Source of the DNA: a virus
DNA: 64,000 nucleotides
Direction: 5' to 3' (one strand)
Virus record (IMG/VR): IMGVR_UViG_3300045988_156245
Every line of letters starts with the position of its first letter. Position 1 is the first letter of the stretch. The position numbers and the translations under genes are program-made. A model generated the notes under the pieces. It did not search any database. It was not told the origin of the DNA and was given only the letters and a program-made list of their open reading frames with translations. This document shows positions 1 to 8,278 of this stretch, one piece after another.

Positions 1-21
1 ATTTTTTTTGTTTAAAAAGGC

Positions 22-50
22 TTGACATCTAAAAATTTTTATGTTATAAT
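22..50 (+). promoter_or_regulatory. sigma-A-type promoter for resolvase gene
   Basis: ttgaca 22-27, 17-nt spacer, tataat 45-50 preceded by tgt; aggagg RBS 63-68. Confidence 0.6.
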
Positions 51-75
51 CTAGGTATAGATAGGAGGATTTTAG

Positions 76-567
76 ATGAAAAGACTAGCATTAGATTTAT
101 CTACTAAATCAAGCGGTTGGGCTGTTTTCGACGATGAAGAATTAGTAGATTATGGATGCATTACTGCATCTTCAAATGATTTAATCAAAAGAATACAAAA
201 AATTATATACGGTTTGGATGACGTATTAGAAAAATATAAAGTAGATAAAATTGTAGTAGAAGAAGTAAGACCTGAAACGGGCGTACAAAATATAAAAACA
301 CATAGAGCATTAATGTGGTTGCAGGGAGCTGTAGCAATCTTTGTACATGAAAAATGCGGGAAACTCGATATAGAATATTTATATCCAAGTCAATGGAGAA
401 AAATATGTGGAATAAAAACTGGTAGTGGCGTTCGCCGCACCTCTTTAAAACCAAAAGATATTGAGTTTGTAAAAAATAAATATAATATTACAGTTAATGA
501 TGATATAGCAGATGCTATTGGTATTGGATATGCTTCCGCAATGATTGATAAATTTAATTGGGAATAA
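76..567 (+). CDS. RuvC-like Holliday junction resolvase
   Basis: 163 aa; LALDLSTKSSGWAV (N-terminal catalytic Asp), VVEEV and DDIADAIGIG motifs typical of RuvC-fold resolvases; own promoter and RBS. Confidence 0.75.
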   Translation: MKRLALDLSTKSSGWAVFDDEELVDYGCITASSNDLIKRIQKIIYGLDDVLEKYKVDKIVVEEVRPETGVQNIKTHRALMWLQGAVAIFVHEKCGKLDIEYLYPSQWRKICGIKTGSGVRRTSLKPKDIEFVKNKYNITVNDDIADAIGIGYASAMIDKFNWE

Positions 568-571
568 AAAA

Positions 572-600
572 AAGAGAGATAGAACTTATCTATCTCTCTT
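572..600. terminator. bidirectional hairpin between convergent genes
   Basis: 11-bp stem aagagagatag/ctatctctctt (572-582/590-600), A-run before and T-run after. Confidence 0.6.
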
Positions 601-904
601 TTAAACTTTTAAAAAGGGCATTAGTAATATCTATGATTTCTTCTCCATATGTAGCAATTAAATCGGCAAATAATTCTTCTTGTTCTATTGATAAATCAAT
701 ACCATAAGAAAACATCGCTGCATGAGTAAGTTCATGGCATATTACTCTCTTTAAAAGAAAACCGTTAATATCATTATCTATATAAATAGTATGTGTATTA
801 TTATCGCAAACTCCGACTGTTTTTGTTTTATTGCTCCGTATTAATGCTTCATAATTAGAAGGCACAAATTTCAATTGCCATTCTATACCATTTATATTAA
901 ACAT
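590..904 (-). CDS. putative zinc metallopeptidase (HExxH; SprT/ImmA-like)
   Basis: 104 aa; VICHELTHAAM motif; last gene of the minus-strand operon. Confidence 0.55.
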   Translation of the reverse strand: MFNINGIEWQLKFVPSNYEALIRSNKTKTVGVCDNNTHTIYIDNDINGFLLKRVICHELTHAAMFSYGIDLSIEQEELFADLIATYGEEIIDITNALFKSLKER

Positions 905-1461
905 TAGGCTATCTTATTAGTTAGTTGAGCTAACTTTTGTTTTAATATTGTTTTTTCTTCAGTAGTTGCACCGCTTATCATTTCAGTAATATCTTCACTT
1001 AATTCTTTTAAGTATCTCTCTAATTCTTCTATCTGTTTTTCTTTTCCATGATGCATCTCTTTTGATTCCATATAATATTTTCTCATTACTGGACTTTTAC
1101 CTTCTCTTACGTCTCTCATTTCTGTAGGATAAGAAGTTGATGGAGTTGTATATCTACCATCATTATGTATCATATTACCATCGTGATAATACATTTTTCC
1201 ATAATCTCTATCCATATCTCTATATCTAGTATAATCTGGATAATGTACATAAGGTGTATAATATTTTCTACTGTATTTTTCTTCTTCTTCTCTTTCTTCC
1301 ATTGCTTTTGAAACATTGCAATAGTAAATAGCTTCAGACATATCTTTAATCATATCTATTGCTTCACCTAATTCTTTTGTATTTACTTCTTGCATGTTGC
1401 CATTAATTTGACTTTCAACGCAATTAACTAAATTCTCTTTTATTCTTTTTAATCTTTCCAT
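904..1461 (-). CDS. hypothetical protein, Tyr/Arg/Asp/Met-rich core flanked by coiled-coil-like ends
   Basis: 185 aa ORF, start overlaps the next gene's region; central YYTPYVHYPDYTRYRDMDRDYGKMYYHDG low-complexity segment. Confidence 0.55.
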   Translation of the reverse strand: MERLKRIKENLVNCVESQINGNMQEVNTKELGEAIDMIKDMSEAIYYCNVSKAMEEREEEEKYSRKYYTPYVHYPDYTRYRDMDRDYGKMYYHDGNMIHNDGRYTTPSTSYPTEMRDVREGKSPVMRKYYMESKEMHHGKEKQIEELERYLKELSEDITEMISGATTEEKTILKQKLAQLTNKIA

Positions 1462-1475
1462 TTCCTTATACCTCC

Positions 1476-1898
1476 TTAAGCAACCCTATCTACAATTAGA
1501 TTTGCATTTTGTACTAAAATTGCTTGAGTGCTTGTGTTTTCTACACTTATCTGGGCACAGCAGCATTTAGGCACATCAATATAAACACTACTTGCAACAT
1601 TGTTATATTGTTCTACTGCTGCAGGAGTTTCAATCATTGTAGTAGTAGCAATTGGCTCTCCATTTATAGCAATAGCTAATGAGATTGCTTCTGCTGTTCC
1701 TCCTGTCGGAACCGCAATATTTCCACCAAAAGTAACTTTAAACCTTGCGCGGCACTGTTGAGTAATGCCACGCAAAGTAACTAATCCACTACCTTCCCTA
1801 TGGATTATGGAGTTACTTCCTTTTACTGGCGTTGATGTTAATAAGACATTGTTATTTGCGTTTACAGTTTGAGCTGTATTTGCTGTATATTCTGCCAT
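1476..1898 (-). CDS. hypothetical small beta-rich protein (possibly TNF/C1q-like jelly roll as in BclA C-terminal domains)
   Basis: 140 aa; KCCCAQ triplet-Cys, C-terminal NANLIVDRVA; the fold assignment is only an impression from sequence style. Confidence 0.4.
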   Translation of the reverse strand: MAEYTANTAQTVNANNNVLLTSTPVKGSNSIIHREGSGLVTLRGITQQCRARFKVTFGGNIAVPTGGTAEAISLAIAINGEPIATTTMIETPAAVEQYNNVASSVYIDVPKCCCAQISVENTSTQAILVQNANLIVDRVA

Positions 1899-1936
1899 TT
1901 TTTATATCCTCCAATATAGTTTCTAGTTATTTTTTA

Positions 1937-2809
1937 TTAAGCTAATGTTCCGCAGCAATTACCATAGCTATATGCATTACCACAGTTGCAATATGGATTA
2001 GCTGTAATATATGCTGGGACTGGTGATGGTCTTAACTCATTTACTAAGTAAGCATTTTGTGCTGCCTGACTAGCTGCAAGATTAGCTGAAGTTAACTGAG
2101 CTGTAAGTTCAGTAATTTTATCCTGCATTGCATCTACCTTATTTTGCTGTATTGCTTCTAAAATTGCTCTTGTGTTTGAATTTTGAGAATCAATAATATC
2201 TCTTGTATTATTAGAAGCGTTAGTGTTAATAGCACATGTATCAGTTGCCATATCGTATCTAACCTGAGCAATAGCAGCTCTATTTTCACAGCAGCAATCT
2301 GCTAATTGAGATTGAAGTGCGTTAGTATTTTGCATATTTGCAACAGTGTTAGCATTAATATCCTGCTGAATAGCATTTGTATTCTGCATTGCCCCTACAT
2401 TAACACTATTTATTCCAGCTTGTGTTTGATAACCAAGAGAGCAAATAGCATTATCTACTCCTGAAAATCCTGTTGTTAATGTGTTTTGAACCCCTGCAAA
2501 TCCATTTAACATTCCTGTGTTCATTGCATAAAATCCATCACATAAGCCACTCTGAATACCTCTTACTCCATTTTCAAGCTGACCAAAATTCATATCCTGA
2601 CATAAATCAGCTCTAGTAATAGCACCTTCTACAGCACCTGCACCATTGCGGCCATATCCGAAGCCATTTCCGCCCCATCCACAAAATGCGAATAAGAATA
2701 AAATGATAATCCACCAAGCACCATTTCCGCCAAAGTTATCATCATTTCTGTCTCCAGTTGCAGCTGCAATATCTGATAAGCTGTATCCTGTTGTTCCATT
2801 ATTAAACAT
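1937..2809 (-). CDS. membrane-anchored Gly/Asn/Cys-rich repeat protein
   Basis: 290 aa; one TM segment AWWIIILFLFAFCGW flanked by GGNG runs, MQNTNA(I/L)Q repeats, DCCCEN, C-terminal NPYCNCGNAYSYGNCCGTLA. Confidence 0.6.
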   Translation of the reverse strand: MFNNGTTGYSLSDIAAATGDRNDDNFGGNGAWWIIILFLFAFCGWGGNGFGYGRNGAGAVEGAITRADLCQDMNFGQLENGVRGIQSGLCDGFYAMNTGMLNGFAGVQNTLTTGFSGVDNAICSLGYQTQAGINSVNVGAMQNTNAIQQDINANTVANMQNTNALQSQLADCCCENRAAIAQVRYDMATDTCAINTNASNNTRDIIDSQNSNTRAILEAIQQNKVDAMQDKITELTAQLTSANLAASQAAQNAYLVNELRPSPVPAYITANPYCNCGNAYSYGNCCGTLA

Positions 2810-2841
2810 TTCTGTTTCCTCCTTATAAAATTATTTATTAT

Positions 2842-3081
2842 TTACAATCCAAGAGTTTTCTTGAAATTGTTAAATTCAGTATCAAAATCTATTCCTTTTT
2901 CTTTTGCTAAATTACGAGCAATCTGTTCAATTTCGCCACTTTTATTTCCTTTTGCAAGCTGTAATAAATTTGCGGCAAATGGATTATTTTCTGTTTGTTG
3001 TTCCAACATACTTAATACCATTTGCTGAGGATTCCCGCCATTTTTCATCAAAGAAATAATTTGCATCATATTAGTAGGCAT
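2842..3081 (-). CDS. hypothetical protein (79 aa)
   Basis: start moved to the ATG at 3081, 9 nt after aaggagg; the ORF-track start is a GTG 6 nt upstream. Confidence 0.55.
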   Translation of the reverse strand: MPTNMMQIISLMKNGGNPQQMVLSMLEQQTENNPFAANLLQLAKGNKSGEIEQIARNLAKEKGIDFDTEFNNFKKTLGL

Positions 3082-3499
3082 TTGCACTTACCTCCTTTTT
3101 AGGTTGTTCAACTATTGGTGTTACTTCTTGTGGTGTTGTTTCTGGAATTTTAATAACATTATCTATTTTACTTTCTAGCTGATTTATACGCTCAAGAATA
3201 ACGTCAATAGGATTTTGCTCTGCCATAGGTTGGCTAGTATCTGGCTTAAAAGTTATGATATTTGTAGTCCCATTATTATTCCAAGATTTGATATAGATTT
3301 CACTTAAATCTGCTTTTGGAAAAATCCCATAACTTCCTATAGGTACATCAGTAACTTTTACAATATCCTTACTATCAACAATTTTACCATTTAATGCTTG
3401 TGTTTGAGTTTGCTGTGGTTGCATATTTTGATTATAAGGTATATTATAAGAATAACTTGGATTATAATAGTTGGGATTATAATTTGGATAATAATTCAT
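3071..3499 (-). CDS. hypothetical protein with Tyr/Asn/Pro-rich N-terminus
   Basis: 142 aa; MNYYPNYNPNYYNPSYSYNIPYNQN low-complexity head; first gene after the fibre terminator. Confidence 0.55.
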   Translation of the reverse strand: MNYYPNYNPNYYNPSYSYNIPYNQNMQPQQTQTQALNGKIVDSKDIVKVTDVPIGSYGIFPKADLSEIYIKSWNNNGTTNIITFKPDTSQPMAEQNPIDVILERINQLESKIDNVIKIPETTPQEVTPIVEQPKKEVSANAY

Positions 3500-3730
3500 A
3501 CTTTTTTGCTCCTTTCTTTTAAAAATTTATTTATATCCTTCGTTGTCATTAGTATATAAGTTTTTGCTAAAGATGAATTTATTAAAATGTCCTAAATTTT
3601 AATTAAAATTTATTAAAATCTTAAAATTTGGCATATAATGTAAAAAATAAAAAAGAGATAAGGATTTTATCATATTCGATAAGATTTTAGATGTTTTAAA
3701 ATATAAGAAAAGAAAATTTGCATAAAAAAA

Positions 3731-3755
3731 TAGAGAAGTCTTATAGACTTCTCTA
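3731..3755 (-). terminator. rho-independent terminator after tail fibre gene
   Basis: 10-bp stem tagagaagtc/gacttctcta; A7 at 3724-3730 gives a U-run on the minus strand. Confidence 0.7.
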
Positions 3756-3759
3756 TTAA

Positions 3760-6700
3760 TTATTTAAACAATATTTTAATAGTATTATCACTCACTCTTT
3801 CAAGTACAACCCAAGTATTTAAACCTTGTTGTTCTGCATAAGTTGCAATACCATTATTTGCACATTTACATAATTGACCTGGTAAGCAAGTTCCATCATC
3901 ACGAACGTACATCTGTCCTATTAAACCAACAGCAGACCATTCAGGTCTATCAGTTCTAGGTATATATGATTCAGCTTGCCCTATATCATATTCTTCTGAT
4001 ATTATATCATTCCCATTGTTATTTTTTAATCTTCTTCCTAAAGAATCTGTTTTATATTTTTTATGCCAGTCATTTAATGCATCTGGAGAACCTAAAATTC
4101 CATATGTTTCTGATGTTATACCTATTATATTATCATTAGGATTTGCTTTTTTTATTTTTTGATTATTTACAGTTACAAAATATCCTGTTCTATCTTCTTT
4201 ATTTAAATTATTATCATCCCAAGGGTAAATAAATTCAGCATAATCTGTTCCTTTAATAGACGTTTTTTTAGCAGATATTTGTCCTTGATAACCATCTACT
4301 AAAAAAGTCGTTTCTAATGAAGCTGTTCCCGATGTATTCAGAATTTGAAATTTTATAGTATCCTTATTTGGTGCGGAGTCACCAGAGCCCCAAGTTCCAG
4401 TTAAAGAACCATTTATGATTGCTAATCCAGAACCTAAAACTGTAGCAGAAACTTTATTAAAATTAGCATCCATATTTCCAGCTTTTAACTTATTTGTTCC
4501 AGATGTCATATTGTTCGGACCTAACTGAATATCTCCATTATAATCAACAACAAAAGCGTTATTTAATTTATTAGAGCTAGTCCCATTTCCTACAATAAAT
4601 AATGCATTAGCTGATGTTTTATTAAATTGTCCCACTACAGTTTGACAATTTCTATTAGTATTTAAACTTAGTCCATGTGCAAAACTATATCTATCATTTG
4701 CCAGTGTATTTAGTCCCCCTGCATGAGAAGCATCTCCATTTGCTAGTGTACAGTCTCCCTCTGCGTGAGAGTATTTTCCAATTGCTTGTGTGCCTCCTCC
4801 TTCTGCATGAGCGCCTTCTCCGCTTGCAATAGTTTGGCACTTATTTGCGTGATACTGTGATGTAGAACCCTCTGCATGAGCTCCTCTTCCAGATGCAATA
4901 GTAGCTACACCCTCAGCATGAGCGCCTATGCCACTTGCAGTAGTTGCAGCAGTATTACTAAAATAGTTTCCATGTTCGTCGTATCCAAAAATAATTCCTG
5001 TACAACCTTCAGTGTGAGAATAATCTCCAGATGCAATAGTAGCTTGCCCTTCAGCATGAGAAGCTTTACCCTCTGCTTTTAATGGATTAGCAATTGCAGT
5101 TTTTGTTGTATTTAATATTGATTCTCCCTCTACATGAGAATGAGTACCATAAGCCACTGTCCAATATCCCTCAGCATGAGAACCTTCTGCATCAGCAACA
5201 GTATGAATACCTTCTGCATGAGATGCAATCCCATTTGTTACAGTCTTCGTTCCTTCAACATGGGAATAATCATTCATCGCAGAGTTATCATATCCTTCAG
5301 CATGGGCTGCAACTGCCCATGCTTTAGTTGCCCAACCTTCTGCATGAGCATACTTAGCATCTTCAATGGTGCTAGTGCCTTGACCTTCTACATGTGAACT
5401 TTCTGCCTTTGCATAAGTCCCATTACCAAAAGATGAACTATTTAATCCTTCGGCATGTGCGGCATCTCCTACTGCAATTGAATTACTGCCAGAAGCCAGT
5501 GATTCTGTTCCTATTGAAGCACTATAAACCCCATGTTGCTTAGAACTGCTGCCTCCAAGGTCAATTTTATCATCTTGATACAAACTTCTTTCTGCTTTAT
5601 CTTCTAAAACAACTTGTACATTTTCATGTGTTCCATCATTATATTCTACAATTACATCTTCTGCATTTACGCTAATAGGATACTCAGGAGTTGTAGTCAT
5701 TTCATTAATTTTAATTTTAGCTTTTTTAATAGCATCTTTTTCAACTTCTATTTCTTTATAAGTATAAGTAAAAGAACTTACAGGCTGAGAGCCCACTCCA
5801 TTAACTAAAGAGTCAACTGCAATAACATATCTTCCACCATCTTTAAAATAATTATTATAATCAAAAGTATAGCTTGTATTTGTTAAATTATCTGCTATTA
5901 ATGTATTATTAATATATAATCTATATATAATTGTATATGAATACTGTATTTGTGGATTCCAAGAAAATGTAATTTGTTTACTTGTTCTATCTAAATTAGA
6001 AACTCGAATTCCAGTAATAGGTATTGGTCTATTAATATAAACACAAGGTGCTGAAGTAGCTACTCCCGCATCATTATTAGCAGTTACAGTAATATTAACC
6101 TGTCCTATATAATCTTTTAATGCCGTTTGCTTTAAATCATAAAAATTCTTTTCTGTACTGTAATTATTTCCTAAAATACTTACCACATATGAACTTGCAT
6201 TCTCAATAGCTCCCCAATGCAACACTTTATTTGTATCTATATACAAACCTGTTGGGGCTGCTGGTGCACGCCATTCGCTTAAAAAGAAAGTAGTCTGATT
6301 ACTTGTAGCAGTTTCAGTAATACCAGGGTCTGTGATAGTTCTTGAAGTCTCAACTATTGCTGTATAAGTATTATTTCCATCTAAATTATATTGTCCATCA
6401 TGGGGGAAAAAACTATCTGTATTAGATTTTAATACTTTAGTAAATTTTAATACTGACCCCTTATAAACCTTTAAGAGTTTATTAAAACTATTACTAGAAA
6501 CTTCATTATCATATACTAGTTTTATATTACATTGTTGTCGATATGTTTCATTTACTGTAATAGAAAAAGATTGAGGCTTTAAAGAAGGCCTAGTATCTGC
6601 CTCATATGTAGATGTAATAGATTGCTTAGCTGAATCATATATGTTAGCTCCAACTCTAATTCTATAGAAAAATTCAAACTTATATTCTCCCGCAGTAATT

Positions 6701-7251
6701 GCTCCATTAAAAATATTATATAAACTATAAAAAGCACCATTTTGAATATCTATAGTTTTTATCTCTTTTGTAGTTTTATTTTGAATTGTCATTTTGTATT
6801 CTAGATGATTTTCTAATAAAAAAACATTTTGAATAAGAGCAAAACCTACATTAAATAAAAAATTATTTCTATAACTTTGTTCTTTAGTGTTCGAAGGTGA
6901 ATCATAAAGATTAAACACAGTTCCTTGCACCTGCCCAATATCGGCGGGAGTTGTAAAAGAAATTTCATCACTTGTGCTATCAGCAACTTCTTCATTATCT
7001 TTCATTCCTGTTAATTTTAATTTATATTTTGTATTAGGTTTTATTCCATCTTGAAGTAAATATAAAGGAAGATTTGAAATTGAACTAGTTATTGCTTTTG
7101 TTACAGTGTTGACATAAATTCCACTGCTAGTCATAATTTTACATTGAATATGAGAATAATCTTTGGTACTTTCACCATTCCAAGAAACAGCCATATAATT
7201 TAACTCTTTTGCCTGCTCGGGATTTACTACAACGCCTATAATTTTTGACAT
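3760..7251 (-). CDS. tail fibre/appendage with Ig/FN3-like repeats, SHAEG-type beta-helix repeats and Peptidase_G2-like C-terminal chaperone domain
   Basis: 1163 aa; about 20 repeats of xxAxGxxSHAEG (aa ~560-800); C-terminal GTDYAEFIYPWDDNN...RTGYFVT...IIGITS matches the style of phi29 gp12-type IMC domains. Confidence 0.7.
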   Translation of the reverse strand: MSKIIGVVVNPEQAKELNYMAVSWNGESTKDYSHIQCKIMTSSGIYVNTVTKAITSSISNLPLYLLQDGIKPNTKYKLKLTGMKDNEEVADSTSDEISFTTPADIGQVQGTVFNLYDSPSNTKEQSYRNNFLFNVGFALIQNVFLLENHLEYKMTIQNKTTKEIKTIDIQNGAFYSLYNIFNGAITAGEYKFEFFYRIRVGANIYDSAKQSITSTYEADTRPSLKPQSFSITVNETYRQQCNIKLVYDNEVSSNSFNKLLKVYKGSVLKFTKVLKSNTDSFFPHDGQYNLDGNNTYTAIVETSRTITDPGITETATSNQTTFFLSEWRAPAAPTGLYIDTNKVLHWGAIENASSYVVSILGNNYSTEKNFYDLKQTALKDYIGQVNITVTANNDAGVATSAPCVYINRPIPITGIRVSNLDRTSKQITFSWNPQIQYSYTIIYRLYINNTLIADNLTNTSYTFDYNNYFKDGGRYVIAVDSLVNGVGSQPVSSFTYTYKEIEVEKDAIKKAKIKINEMTTTPEYPISVNAEDVIVEYNDGTHENVQVVLEDKAERSLYQDDKIDLGGSSSKQHGVYSASIGTESLASGSNSIAVGDAAHAEGLNSSSFGNGTYAKAESSHVEGQGTSTIEDAKYAHAEGWATKAWAVAAHAEGYDNSAMNDYSHVEGTKTVTNGIASHAEGIHTVADAEGSHAEGYWTVAYGTHSHVEGESILNTTKTAIANPLKAEGKASHAEGQATIASGDYSHTEGCTGIIFGYDEHGNYFSNTAATTASGIGAHAEGVATIASGRGAHAEGSTSQYHANKCQTIASGEGAHAEGGGTQAIGKYSHAEGDCTLANGDASHAGGLNTLANDRYSFAHGLSLNTNRNCQTVVGQFNKTSANALFIVGNGTSSNKLNNAFVVDYNGDIQLGPNNMTSGTNKLKAGNMDANFNKVSATVLGSGLAIINGSLTGTWGSGDSAPNKDTIKFQILNTSGTASLETTFLVDGYQGQISAKKTSIKGTDYAEFIYPWDDNNLNKEDRTGYFVTVNNQKIKKANPNDNIIGITSETYGILGSPDALNDWHKKYKTDSLGRRLKNNNGNDIISEEYDIGQAESYIPRTDRPEWSAVGLIGQMYVRDDGTCLPGQLCKCANNGIATYAEQQGLNTWVVLERVSDNTIKILFK

Positions 7252-7272
7252 TTATTTTCTCCTTTCTCTCTT

Positions 7273-7560
7273 TTAATTTAATAATATATCAACCAAAGTA
7301 TTATCTGATTGATTATAATTAAATTTTATATAATTTATTTTTATATTATCAAACTCTAAAACTCCAGTAGAACCAGTCTTAAAAACAACTTCATTACTTT
7401 CATTTTTATTTAAAGGTAATGCTATATATACAATTTGGTCTGCTAAAGTTTGTATTCTAAAATGTTTGATATTATAATTTTCTAAATCCGTAAAAATGAT
7501 ATCACCCGCTTTAAAAGGTCCTTGAACCTGAATGAAACCATTATTATCACCGTGTAACAT
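7273..7560 (-). CDS. hypothetical tail-module protein (95 aa)
   Basis: ORF tightly packed between baseplate-region genes, with RBS. Confidence 0.5.
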   Translation of the reverse strand: MLHGDNNGFIQVQGPFKAGDIIFTDLENYNIKHFRIQTLADQIVYIALPLNKNESNEVVFKTGSTGVLEFDNIKINYIKFNYNQSDNTLVDILLN

Positions 7561-7573
7561 TTTTTATACCTCC

Positions 7574-8263
7574 TTAATATTTATAATTCATAATAAAAGA
7601 GGTTTTTGTATTTTGTTGATTAAAAACAAAACCTATAAAACTAATATTGTAATCATCATAAATTTTATAATAATTACTAGGACCAATTTTAATATCTTCA
7701 TTATTTAAAACAAAAAAGATATTTTCATCTCCTTCAATAGTAAGCTCTCTAATTGAAGTCATTGTACTATCTCCAAGTACACTTCCTATTAAATTATTTA
7801 CTATTCTTATCTCTAAATTATCAATAGATAAAACATGAGAAACATAATTATTAGATGTTTCAACTTGAAAGATAACTTGATTACATGCTTTTTCTGGAGA
7901 AAAAATAATTTCATATTTTTTCACATTGTTAGTTTTATCTTGAATCCCACTTTCTAAATTTAATTTTCTAAAGATAATATCATTATCAGCTAATTCTCCT
8001 TCAGAATTATAACTTAATAATATATTTTTATCTGTATCAGATGGTACTAATTCAAAATAAAGATAATAACATTTACCAACTTCGAATTGCTTACCATTTT
8101 CTAGTTGAATAACTGTATAATATCCATTACTGTCTCTTGTGGTATTAATAATTTTATAATCTTCTAAAGCAATAGGCTTAGAATAATAATTATCTATATC
8201 TACTAAAGTATCATTATTAGTGCCTTGATATAAATGTTGTCCTATTTTATATGTTTTAGCCAC
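7574..8263 (-). CDS. hypothetical tail-module protein (229 aa)
   Basis: ORF in tail module; no recognisable motif. Confidence 0.5.
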   Translation of the reverse strand: MAKTYKIGQHLYQGTNNDTLVDIDNYYSKPIALEDYKIINTTRDSNGYYTVIQLENGKQFEVGKCYYLYFELVPSDTDKNILLSYNSEGELADNDIIFRKLNLESGIQDKTNNVKKYEIIFSPEKACNQVIFQVETSNNYVSHVLSIDNLEIRIVNNLIGSVLGDSTMTSIRELTIEGDENIFFVLNNEDIKIGPSNYYKIYDDYNISFIGFVFNQQNTKTSFIMNYKY

Positions 8264-8278
8264 TCCTTTTACTCCTTT

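Noticed and set aside
4876-5397. Plus-strand ORFs (68, 77 and 87 aa) inside the tail fibre gene, and similar antisense ORFs inside the tape measure and other late genes (for example 15145-15432, 16869-17051, 18325-18528, 19562-19762, 23768-24064, 32971-33237, 38643-38933)
   Set aside because: They are antisense shadows of repetitive or biased coding sequence (the SHAEG repeats give Cys/Ser/Met-rich junk). They lack RBS and are fully nested in well-supported long genes.
3760-7251. Diversity-generating retroelement targeting the fibre
   Set aside because: There is no reverse transcriptase, and no template-repeat/variable-repeat pair with adenine-specific differences. The internal repeats are in-frame structural SHAEG repeats.
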